Source of the DNA: Octopus vulgaris
Taxonomy: Eukaryota
DNA: 64,000 bases
Assembly: GCA_951406725.2 (NCBI GenBank)
Contig: OX597824.1
Span: 21,762,001 to 21,826,000 of the forward strand
Reading direction: 5' to 3'
Below the pieces are notes generated by a model. That model saw only the letters and a list, made by a program, of their open reading frames with translations. It ran no database searches and had not been told where the DNA came from. The position numbers were made by a program, and so were the translations under genes. Shown here one piece after another: positions 39,741-52,015 of this stretch; the first letter of the stretch is position 1; each line of letters starts with the position of its first letter.

Positions 39741-40194
39741 AACAACAAACAAGATGAGGACAAATATTCGTCGAATGTAAATAATGTAAATAATGTACAT
39801 AATTCCTCATCTCTTAGATATAGAACAGATATAAAATAGTTCTAACTGTAAAATGCTCAGAAACAAGACATCAATTTTGAGATAATTCAGAGAATCTATT
39901 ATTTGTTGGACAATTTTTTACATTCCTTCTCTTATTCACTTGTTGAACAACACAGTTCTATAAATCTGAACATTCACATAAATAAATGAAGCAGCATTCT
40001 TCAAAATTTCCACACCTCAGCTACTCAACACTGAAGGAATTCATCTGTTTTCTTTAAGGTTTTGATGAAAAGGTTTTAAATATATAATGTTAGAAAATGA
40101 TGGATTACCTATAAAACTGCCTTGATTTCATAGGTAAATGAGAAGTTAAGTGAGATAAATGAAATAATACTATGTGGAATCTGAAATTGGATAA

Positions 40195-41035
40195 CATGGT
40201 CTATTTAGTGAGATATACAGCCTCACTCAGTCCATTTACTGAGTCATACAGTTACACTCAGTCTATTTAGTGAGGCATAGATCCTAACTCAGTCCATTTA
40301 CTGATACAAACAATCACACTCAGCCTGTTTACTGAGACGTACGAGGGTGAGTCAAAAAGTAATACCATTTTGTTTAGGACAGGTATAATTACCAACACAG
40401 GAACATGTATCATACATCAAAAAGAAGTTGGTCCTCTGTGGATCACATCCATACTTCTCAACATAGTCACCTTTTCTCTCAATAGCAATGTTCCAACTTC
40501 GAATGAGAGCATGTATCCCTGCCCCGCAAAATTCTGTTGACTGTTCTTTGAGCCACTTCTTCACTACAGTTTCACTTTCTCGTCACTGGAATAATGTTTG
40601 CCTCTCAAACCTTCTTTCATGGGGCTGAAGAGATGAAAGTCTAGTGACGAGGAAGTGTAAACTGCAGTGAAGAAGTGGCTCAAAGAACAGACTACAGAAT
40701 TTTACGGGGCAGGGATACATGCTCTCATTCGAAGGTGGAACACCGCTATTGAGAGAAACGGTGACTATGCTGAGAAGTATGGATGTGATCCACAGAGGAC
40801 CAGCTTCCTTTTGATGTATGATACATGTTCCTGTGTTGGTTATTATACCTGTCCTAAACAAAATGGCATTACGTTTTGACTCACCCTTATACATCCTCAC
40901 TCAGTCCATTTTAGTGAAACATACTGTTAGTTACACAACAATTCATTCTATTACTAAGACATAAACTTATACATTCAGTCCTGCCATTGAAACATACAAC
41001 CATACACAATACAGTTACTGAGACATACAACCACA
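40195..41035. repeat. Diverged ~30-bp minisatellite (CACTCAGTCCATTTACTGAGACATACAG-like) split by a MITE
   Basis: About 5 units left and about 4 units right of the mariner MITE. Confidence 0.7.
40342..40889. mobile_element. Palindromic mariner-derived MITE
   Basis: TA-flanked. Two inverted ~248-bp arms each encode the mariner transposase C-terminus (KKWLKEQ.TEF.GAGIHALIR.WN.AIER.GDY.EK) plus the 3' TIR. Confidence 0.9.
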
Positions 41036-41556
41036 TAAAAAAACAAGCATGCGTAATACAATAATAGTGGTGTTCTTAACTGTTATAGGGGAATGTAAAT
41101 ATGTTTGCAAATTGTTTTTGTTACACGTTGTTCTGTGTTCTGAATACTTTTATTTTAATAAATGTTGCTTACTGTAAGTTATAGATGATTCTTTTAGGAC
41201 TTTCAGGCTTAGCTTAATGTATTTTCGCACCCGACATCACAAAATGCGTCTGAATAAACATTGCCAGACAGCAAATAGAGACTTGGACATTGCTTAGAAA
41301 ATAATTTTCATTTATAACCTTGTATATAGTATGCACTAAGGATTCTGACCTTTAAATTTTGGTGAAGAAAATGCAGATTATACTCGAGGATTTACGGTAA
41401 GAAACATTTAATATAGGAACAGTGAAATATAGAAGTGTTAGAACATGGATCTGAGATGCAGTTTCTTGTGAAAGAATATACAGAGATGTAGAATATATTG
41501 GAGTGGAATTAGTACACAGTTATCTTAAGGGACACTCAACAACAATGATAACTTAC

Positions 41557-42147
41557 CACTTAGCTCTTTCTCCACCAGAAGTCTACGTTGGGCTTGTGGT
41601 TTAATCCTCTGATCCATAGGTTGCACAAGCTGTAAATGAATTTCACTCTGATTTTTTACTTTATTTGAGTTTTGTAAATTCACAATAGCAACATTTTTGT
41701 CTGATTTACGGGATGCATTCATTAAAATGGGCTTCAACGGTTCTGCACCAATGTCAGAAAGTTTATTATTTGAGATTTTCTGTACAAGTTTAGCTGGCAT
41801 TGGTTGTATTAATAAATTTTGGGGTTTGTTTGATATAGTTTTCACATTGTTTAGTATTCCTGTAGGAGCTGTTAATCTATTTACAAAACGAATGGAAGCA
41901 GCCTTGTGTTCTGGAAAATTCAGAGGCTTTGGCTCTTTCATTTCTGTCTTATCTTTTATACTTGCATCATTCTGATCATAATAATACTCCTCAAACTTTT
42001 TATTGATAAAGAAATTCTCCTTAAGGTTTTTAGGTTTCACTGGAGGCATTATACCAAAACAACCACTTTCTTTTTGCCAAGATAGAATCTGCTGCAGATA
42101 ATTCAAGTGTAAAAATTCATAAAATCCAATACTTGGGCAGACAAATT
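41557..42147 (-). CDS. C16orf89: UPF0764/C16orf89 homolog, 591-bp internal exon (QFVCPSIGFYEFLHLNYLQQILSWQKESGCFG...RRLLVEKELS)
   Basis: Acceptor TTTTTACAG and donor GTAAGT. The phase-1 junction C+AA=Gln is in frame with the previous exon. ILSWQK.SGCFG matches the conserved C16orf89 motif ILSWQKQQEGCFG. Covered by ORF 41525-42106. Confidence 0.9.
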
Positions 42148-42720
42148 CTGTAAAAAGGCAAAAGAGAAAAAAAAAAAAAAAAACATTAAAGAAACAATTA
42201 TCAGTTTAAATTATTAAAAACAAATGATTTTTTAAAATATATTTTTCAAAATATATAAATATATTTCTTGACAAATGACAAGCAAAAAACAACAAACAAA
42301 CAAAAAACCCCAAACAAAAAACAAACAAAACAAAACTTTACTGGCTGCATGCAATAAATGTTGCATATTGCTGTAAAGCAGTCATAAAGAGAATCATTTG
42401 ATACAAATGCATTCGGTGCAGCAGAATGCACAATTTGAAGTGATGTTAATGGAACTTTACATTACTGTAAAGTGTTAATTTACATTTATCACATTTCTGT
42501 GACATATACAAATATTGCATAGAAATAATTATCATGCTGATATTAACAATGGCTGAGAATCTGATGCTGACAACAATGGTTCTTTAAGAATGGCAACAAG
42601 GAAGTTGTGACATTCATACTTTTGTTAAGATCATTAACAATGTAAGTGAATTATAATATTTTCCCCTGGGAATTTAAAATTCCAGTGTTAGTCTTTGTTA
42701 TAATTTTGTTTTTCTTACCC

Positions 42721-42796
<76 letters not shown>

Positions 42797-43744
42797 GATG
42801 ATAATAATAATAATAATAATGCTAATAGTAGTAATATTTCAAATTTTGGTACAAGGCTAGCAATTTTAGTAGAAGGGAAAATAGTTGATATTATCGACCC
42901 CTCAGTGGATTTGAACTCAAAACATAATGAGTTTGAAGGAGAGACTGCAGAAAGAACAGCTGTTAAAACAAGCATATCGTGATGTAACAACTGAGTAGGT
43001 ACATTTTTCTGCACATAAATAAAAAATAAATATTTTTAAAGAGAAATATTAAATTCAAAAGTATTCATCATCGTCATCATCATCATCCTCATTGTTTAAC
43101 ATCCGCTTTCCATGCTAGCATGGGTTGGACGATTTGACTGAGGACTGGTGAACCAGATGGCTGCACCAGGCTCCAATCTGATCTGGTAGAGTTTCTACAG
43201 CTGGATGCCGTTCGTAACGCCAACCACTCTGAGAGTGTAGTGGATGCTTTTACATGCCACCGGCATGAGGGCCAGTCAGGCGGTACTGGCAATGGCCACA
43301 CTCAAGTGTTTTTTACATATCACCTGCATAGGAGCCAGTCCAGTGGCACTGGCAACGATCTTGCTCGAATGTTTCTTCACGTGCTACCGGCACAAGCGCC
43401 AGTTAGGCGACGTTGGTAACGATCACACTCGAATGGTGCTTTTTATGTGCCACCGGCACAGAAGCATGTTAACTGCTCTGGCAACGATCACACTTGGATG
43501 GTGCTCTTAACGCTCCACCAGCACGGATGCCAGTCATCAAATTTGATTTTGATTTCGATTTCACTTGCCTCAACAGGTCTTCGCAAGCAGAGTTTAGTGT
43601 CCAATGAAGGAAAGGTACACATAAGTGGGCTGGTTATGCACACCTTTCCTTCACTGGACATTAAACTCTGCTTGCGAAGACCTGTTGAGGCAAAAAATAA
43701 TAATAATAATAATAATCATGATGATAATGATAATAATAACAATA

Positions 43745-44299
43745 AATGCCCTGATGCAGTACCAGGCTGTGACTCTCATGGCTGCTGATCTTAACTGATT
43801 GGAAGTGTTATCATGTACATTGTTTTGTCTTGGTATAAAAGATGGGCTACAGCAAATATTCTCTTCAACACCAGATTTGCCTGTTAGTTGTTTGACTTTA
43901 ACCATTTCAGCATGTCCCTTAGTGGCTGACAATATGTGCATCTCTGATCATGAACAGAAGTAGTGGGGGAGCATCATAGCCATGTGTTGAGAGAGATTCT
44001 TTGAGTTCTGAATAATTCACCTATGGAAACATGGGTGTTTCATTCAACATCCTTAAACAACCCTTTTTCAAAGACCGTTTGAGTGGGATGGGCTACTCGA
44101 CCAGAAGAAAATTCTAACTGGGCCCCACCTGCAAGGTCATGTGCTGTTTGTCTTGATATGAGATCACCATGTCGCGCACACATGGTTGTGATGCATGTGC
44201 CTGGTGTACCCTTATCAGATGGGTAGTCATGATGGGTATACTGGACTTCGTATATTTTACCCCAGTGTCACTTTGATGGCATGTGCTGCTCTCCCATTC
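43745..44299 (+). mobile_element. Second copy of the TAA-embedded ~560-bp element
   Basis: Colinear with 3695-4252, with the same 5' start AAATGCCCTGATGCAGTACCAGG. Confidence 0.75.
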
Positions 44300-47200
44300 A
44301 ATAATAATAATAATAATAAAGGATAATCTGATGTATATTGAAATCCTTAATACTCCTCGGTTTAAGATACCTAGTTTCCCTACTTCAGTCATTACAATTC
44401 ATTGGCTCATACCCTTAACGTTATTACTATTGCCATCTTAGACAAATGACCCAAGAACAGGGGTTTCTGTCACCTTTCATATTAAGCTTTAAGGGATGTT
44501 TGAAGAATGGGACAAAGGTTTGTTGGACAAATAAAATAAGCACTAAATATTTTCAACCAGATGTGGCTGAGTGGTTGAGAAGCTTGCTTCCGAACCATGT
44601 GGCCATCTGTGAAGAAGGAGAAGGAGAAGGTGAAGAAGAAGAAGAAGGAGACGGTGAAGAAGAAGAAGAAGATGAAGGAGGAGAAGACGAAGGCGAAGAA
44701 GGAGATGAAGAAGAAGAGGAAGAAGAAGGAGAAAAAGAAGAATGTGAAGGTGAAGAAGAAAGAGAAGGTGAAGGAGAAGGTGAAGAAGAAGGAGAAGGTG
44801 AAGAAGAAGAAGAGAAGATGAAGGAGAAGAAGAAGACGATGAAGAAGGAGAAGAAGAAGAAGAATAATAAGAAGAAGAATGAGAAGGTGAAGAAGAAAGA
44901 AGGTGAAGGAGAAGGTGAAGAAGGAGAGATGAAGGAGAAGAAAAAGGAGAAGAAGAAGAAGAAGGAGAAGAAGAAAAGAAGAAGAAGAAGAAGAAAAAGA
45001 AGAAGAAGAAGAAGAAAAAAGAAGAAAAAAAAAAAAGAAGAAGAAGCTGTCGCCGCCGTTGCCGACATTTACTTTCTACAGAGATGAACTAACATAAATG
45101 TCTTTCCGAATGTATTTTAGTCTCAGCACTTCCAGTACAAGAGTTCTGCCGTTTTCTTAATGGATTCCCAACAGTAAGGAAAGAAATTAGAAGATCTAGC
45201 ATTAACAATACATTGACTTTGTTGACCTAACAATCAATCTATTTGGCTGCTGTAAAATCAGATGTGTGTGTGTGTGTCTGTGCACGCACGCACGTGTGCA
45301 AGGAGACAACAGGAAGTAAATATACCCCGAGATGGGGGAATATGTATTATTCATTAGTTATTCATTCCATCCATTGTATAATTTTTATTACAACAAATAA
45401 TTAAGGCGGTGGAGTTGGTGAAGAATTTGCTTAGCTCCTATATAAATGAAGCACTGTCAGTCTTCCTGTCGCCAATATATTTACAAGACCCAGGGAGAAG
45501 ATGAGTGGGGGTTCATGTAGAAACAGAGTGCAACACCAAAACGTTTTACTGTATCTACTTCTGCTTTCGTGTTATTCAATAATGAGTTCAGATCTTGCTG
45601 TTATTGATTTTTACCTCAATACATTTCTGAGCAAGATTAAATAAAATAAGTACCAGTTGTATACTGTGGTTAAATGAATTAATGAATTATATAGAAATGG
45701 CATTCTGCCTAAAGAGGAAATCATTTTTAGTAAATGATTATCTTTCTTTCATTATGTATTTTCCAGTGTAAAAGGAAGAATTGTAGCAGTTAAGTGAACT
45801 GTCAGACTTCTTATAAAAGGAAAGCAAAATGCTATAAAGATGAAAATTTATCAAAACTAACAAATCAGATCTTTTTTTTGGCTCTTTAACATATGTTATG
45901 CTCTGCAAAATTTTAACATCCATTTGCAAGCTAAAGAATTAGTGAGAAAATTCTTTAAATTACAATATTCACAAATGAATAAGTAGTGGATCAGGTATTT
46001 TTACACCTGGATACCTCGACCAAAGATAATCTAGTGAATTCTGAAAGAAATGTGAATAACATTTTCAACCAAGAATACAAGGACAAGTTAAGTAATGCTG
46101 TTTTGTACTGCATGCAGGTACACTTGAGCAGCTGCAGGAGGAGTTTGAATTTGTGGTCACTGGTTCCACAACCTAACATCAAAGTCAACAAGAAAAATAA
46201 AAAGCGACAAACATCAATATATTTTAATGTCAAACCAATTTTGAAAGAGAGAATATTTAAGAAGAAAAGATCAAGATCTCTTAGAATACCACGAAACACA
46301 AAATGGCACCTACGAAGACAGTTCGAGAATGTCATGCGGTAAATGTTCATTATGGCTCGGGAAACAGGATTATCGACTGTAAGGGATAGGATTATCAAAA
46401 GTAAACGACTTTCTGCTATAAATAAATATTTGTTTATACACAAATCTAAAGTGGATAGAAAATTTTAACCTTTCTTTACGTTCTGTAGAAAGAGGGGAAA
46501 AATGGTTAAGGGGGATGAATGAAGAAGAGAAGAAATCACCAGGTATTACAGTGTGTCTTGAAATAAAGAGCATTAATGGACTCAGTGAACCCAGCTGAGA
46601 ATATAGGCAGGGCACGCAACAATCATAATATGCTGCAACAAATAATTTGATTCATTGTGTTCTGTGTTGGCCTGGAAAGGGAAGGAGTCAATCGGTGTTC
46701 TTGTTGTTTAGCCCCAGGTCACACATGATTGAGTAGATCTATCATGGAAGGCATTCCAAATATGGCCAACCCATTTTTTTTTCAGCTGTGATATGTCTAG
46801 GACTTCATTATGCACCAAGTTTTCTTTTATCAAAGTAAGGAAGAGAGAGAGAGAGAGAGAGAAAAAAAGAGTGAGCAAGAGAGAGAGAGAGGGAGGGAGA
46901 GAAACTGTTATTTCTATAAAGTTGACAGAGAGGTTCCTTTAGTGGTAAGATGTATCATACCATGATGTGTCCCATTCCACATTCATGTAATTCATTCTAT
47001 TGCATTCTGCGTACTTCCTTACCAGGTGTTACAAGCTTCAGTATCCCTTGTCACACTCTCCTGTATTGCATGGTATCCCAAACTTCCTTGCTACCTGTTA
47101 CACATTACTATAACCCCGCCATCCCACATTGATGTACAGTATATCACACTCTATTATATCACGTCACATGATGTTGTATTGTTTTACAAGCACTCTTGCT

Positions 47201-48144
47201 GGGCTATACAAAGTATTAACTTTACACCCTCCTCCTCCTTATCTGATTTAACATCCAGTTTCCTGTGCTTGCAGGAATCAGATAGAATTTATTGAGGCAG
47301 ATTTTTCTATAATTGGACGCTCTTCCTGTCATCAACCTTCACCTGTTTCCAAGTAAGGTAATATTTTCCCATAGCCAGACATGTTTTCTATGGAATAATG
47401 GAAACAAAAAAAACCTTGTTTGTATGGAAATGATGCTCGTTTACAAACATCACATGATATCTAGACAATGGTACACACACATCCTTGCAGATAGATTTGG
47501 TGGATAGAAGCTGAAAGGCTTCTATCTAGCAGAAATGTTAGCACGCCGGGTGAAATGCTTATCGGTATTTCGTCTGCCATTACGTTCTGAGTTCAAATTC
47601 CGCTGAGGCTGACTTTGCCTTTCATCCTTTTGGGGTTGATAAATTAAGTACCAGTTATGCACTGGGGTCGATGAAATCGACTTAATCTCTTTATCTGTCC
47701 TTGTTTGTCCCCTCTACATTTAACCCCTTGTGGGCAATGAAGAAATAAGAAGCTGAAAGAAGCCCATTGTATAGATGTACTTTATTTAATAAATCTATAA
47801 ATGACACTACCCTAATATATAAGAAGAGCATTGCAGCTTGCTTGAAGCATTGTGATAAAGAAATTAAATGACAAAATATTGAAGATAGAGAACTTCCAAC
47901 AATGTGTAAAGGAAAATGTTTAATAAACTTTATATTTTAGGCACAAAAGCCCATCATCAGTAATAAATAGTCAAGAAATGTTAGTCTCATGTTGATTGTT
48001 GTGTGAATGTTTGCTTCTGATGAAAAGCCTTTATGCCTGAAATATCTAAAGGTTATTTAGCCTTTTTGATTTATGTATTGTAAGATGCTTCCTTTCTTAA
48101 CTATTGTTATTTGATCCTAAGATAAATGAAATCAAAATACTTAC

Positions 48145-48316
48145 GTTGTTCCATGAATAGATCCTGGTACATAGGAAGAATCGTTCCAGACATATAGTCA
48201 TGAACCAGGTTTTTCATTTCAAAAAAGTTGTTGGAACAGAATTCTACTTGTAGTTGCTCATGGTCTTTGAAATTGGCCAGCTTCAGCACTCTGTTCAATT
48301 CTGCAAGACAACCAAC
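48145..48316 (-). CDS. C16orf89: UPF0764/C16orf89 homolog, internal coding exon (VGCLAELNRVLK...FCSNNFFEMKNL...YQDLFMEQ)
   Basis: Acceptor TTTTCCAG before 48316 and donor GTAAGT after 48145 on the minus strand. Open frame, phase 0 to phase 1. GC...FC.N...DLFMEQ matches the C16orf89 block GC...FCAN...DIFMEN as I recall it. Confidence 0.85.
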
Positions 48317-48475
48317 CTGGAAAATGCAAAGTTGTAATAAGAACTCTTATTTCATCATAGTCACACAAAAACATACACATACATGACAGATAAATATATC
48401 CTTGTTTCTTGTTTCCAGAGGTGAATTATCCAAACCCCAAAGAATTCCTCTAAACAATGTATGTATGTATGTATG

Positions 48476-48518
<43 letters not shown>

Positions 48519-49027
48519 ATGTACCTTTGTCCATACATCACATAATGGTTGTGAATGAACATTATCATACAAGCAAGATTGTATGTCTTTTCCAATTTTC
48601 TGTGAAAAAAAAATGTCTAGGCATGGGTAAATATTATCTTGCTTTGAAACTGGTAAATGCTAGTGACAGGAAGAGCATCTGGCCATAGAAAAACTTATGC
48701 CAACAAATTCCATCTGATCCATGCAAGCACAGATATACTGGACATTAAATGATGATGGTGACGATGAAGATAATGATTCTGCTTGTTATTTTACCATTTA
48801 TTCTTGTCCTCATTTTTCCTTACTTTTACTTGTTTCAGTTATCTGAATGTGACCATGCTGGAGCACTGCCTTTAGTCGAGCAAACCGACCCCAGGACTTA
48901 TTCTTTGTAAGCCTAGTACTTATTCTATCGGTCTCTTTTGCCGAACTGCTAAGTTACGGGGACGTAAACACACCAGCATCAGTTGTCAAGCGATGTTGGG
49001 GTGACAAACACAGACACACAAACATAT

Positions 49028-49080
<53 letters not shown>

Positions 49081-50611
49081 TACGACGGGCTTCTTTCAGT
49101 TTCCGTCTACCAAATCTACTCACAAGGCTTTGGTCGGCCTGAGGCTATAGTAGAAGACACTTGCTCAAGGTGCTATGCAGTGGGACTGAACTCAGAACCT
49201 TGTGGTTGGTAAGCAAGCCACTTACCACACAGCCAATAATGCATTTTAGTTGAATGGTATTTTCAACAATTTCCTTTTATCTTTCGAAAATTTCTTAAAA
49301 TCAATCCCTTTCTGTAAGGTAACCTCAGGTTCAGAAACATGGAACCAGGAGTTGTGAACTATACATAAGCATTGCCTCTTGTATTTGGGCATAAATTTAT
49401 ATCTTCTTTGTAAACACTAGCATTTACCTGATTATATACGTAAATCCAAATATTTGTGTGTGTGTGAGTATGTATATCAAAAGTGCTGTAAATCAAAAAG
49501 TGGGCCAAGCAAAACAGTTCATTCAGAAACTGATAAAGAAACATGATAAGCATGTAGTAGAAAACCAGTTATTTAAAATCAATAAAAATATAAGCCTGAG
49601 ATAAATAAATCAAATAATTGATAAGGTTAAATATACAAGGTTGATAATTTGATAAAAAAAAAAGGGGGTTTTGTGTGTGTTGGGGGGGGGGTGTCGATTT
49701 GAAGCTGATGAATCACTCCTTCCTTCCTTCCTTTCTTCTCTGTTTCATCTTGCTTTCGTGCAAACCTGAACAGATGCATCAAAGCAAGAACATCCTAAGT
49801 AAAACGGGGTTTCATGCAGTTATACCAACTCACATGACAAAAGTGGATTTAGGAAAACACCTAATTTCTTCTCACTACACACACACACACACATGTGCAC
49901 AAAACTGAAGATTTTGGGAAGGGATCCACATGAATTTAGAACAGTCTACAAGGGAATCCTGTACTACGCGGTCTGCAAAAGACTTTCCAAAATTGATACT
50001 TGATGGACTACTCTTACTCTCTTTACTCTTTTACTTGTTTCAGTCATTTGACTGTGGCCATGCTGGAGCACCACCTTTAGTCGAACAAATCGACCCCAGG
50101 ACTTATTCTTTGTAAGCCTAGTACTTAGTCTATCGGTCTCTTTTGCTGAACCACTAAGTGACGGGGACGTAAACACACCAGCATCAGTTGTCAAGCAATG
50201 TTGGAGGGGATAAACACAGACACACAAACAGACACACACACACACATATATGTATATATATGAGGGGCTTCTTTCAGTTTCTGTCTACCAAATCCACTCA
50301 CAAGGCTTTGGTCGGCCCGAGGCTAGAGTAGAAGACACTTGCCCAATATGCCACGCAGTGGGACTGAACTCGGAACCATGTGGTTCGCAAGCAAGCTACT
50401 TACCACACATCCACTCCTCTTTGGCTTTAGTACATCTACATCATCATCATCATCATCATCATCATTTAGCGTCCGCTTTCCATGCTAGCATGGGTTGGAT
50501 GGTTCAACTGGGGTCTGTGAAGCTGGAAGGCTTCGTCAGGCCCAGTCAGATCTGGCAGTGTTTCTACGGCTGAATGCCCTTCCTAACGCCAACCACTCCG
50601 TGAGTGTAGTG

Positions 50612-51487
50612 GGAGCTTTTTACGTGCCACCTGCACAGGTGCCAGACAGAGCTGGCAAACGGCCACGAACGGACAGTGCTTTTACGTGTCACCGGCATGG
50701 GGCCAGGCGATGCTGGCAACGGACACGAACGGATGGTGCTTTTACGTGCCACCGACACGGGGCCAGACAGAGCTGGCAAACGGCCACGAACGGATGGTGC
50801 TTTTACGTGTCACCGGCACGGGGGCCAGGCGAGGCTGGCAACGGACACAAACAGATGGTGCTTTTACGTGCCACCGACACGGGGCCGACGGAGCTGGCAA
50901 ACGGCCACAAACGGATGGTGCTTTTACGTGTCACCGGCACGGGGGCCAGGCGAGGCTGGCAACGGACACAAACGGATGGTGCTTTTACGTGCCACCGACA
51001 CGGGGCCAGACAGAGCTGGCAAACGGCCACAAACGGATGGTGCTTTTACGTGTCACCGGCACGGGGGCCAGGTGAGGCTGGCAACGGACATGAACGGATG
51101 GTGTTTTTACGTGCCACCGACACGGGGCCAGACAGAGCTGGCAAACGGCCACGAACGGATGGTGCTTTTACGTGTCACTGGCACGGGGCCAGGCGAGGCT
51201 GGCAACGGACACAAATGGATGGTGCTTTTACGTGCCACCGACACGGGCCAGACGGAGCTGGCAAACGGCCACAAACGGATGGTGCTTTTACGTGTCACCG
51301 GCACGGGGGCCAGGTGAGGCTGGCAACGGACACGAACGGATGGTGTTTTTACATGCCACCGACACGGGGCCAGACAGAGCTGGCAAACGGCCACGAACGG
51401 ATGGTGCTTTTACGTGTCACCGGCACGGGGCCAGGTGAGGCTGGCAACGGACATGAACGGATGGTGCTTTTACGTGTCACCGGCACA
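50612..51487 (-). repeat. Tandem array of ~60-bp units (14 full + 1 partial, alternating A/B) in an RTE 3' UTR copy
   Basis: Units start GTGCTTTTACGTG; the ~121-bp dimer occurs 7 times. Confidence 0.95.
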
Positions 51488-51979
51488 TGTAATAATATTT
51501 AATATAAATTTAATACAACTTATATTATGTATTATTTGTCACAGATTTAGGTGTGGATAGGGTTTATGGCTTAGGCATGGACGTAGCTGTGTGGTTAAGA
51601 AACTTGCTTTTCAACTATGTCGTCTTGGGTTCATTCCTACTGCATGACACCTTGGGTAAAACGCATTTAATATAGTCACAAATTGATCAAACTGGTACTT
51701 AATTTATTGACCTTTCATCCTTTCGGGGTTGATAAATTAAGTACCAGTTATGCACTGGGGTTGATGTAATCGACTTAATCTCTTTGTCTGTCCTTGTTTG
51801 TCCCCTCTATGTTTAGCCCCTTGTGGGCAATAAAGAAATAAGAAGCTTCCTTCCCAACCACATGGTTCTGGGTTCAGTCCCGCTGCGTGGCATCTTGGGC
51901 AAATGTCCTCTACAATAGCCTTGGGCCGACCAACGCCTTGAAAGTGGATTTGGTAAACGGAAACTGAAAGAAACCTTTC

Positions 51980-52015
<36 letters not shown>

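Noticed and set aside
50495-51502. 335-aa ORF and overlapping ORFs
   Set aside because: Product of a stop-poor GC-rich tandem repeat; the peptide cycles through the three frames of the unit.
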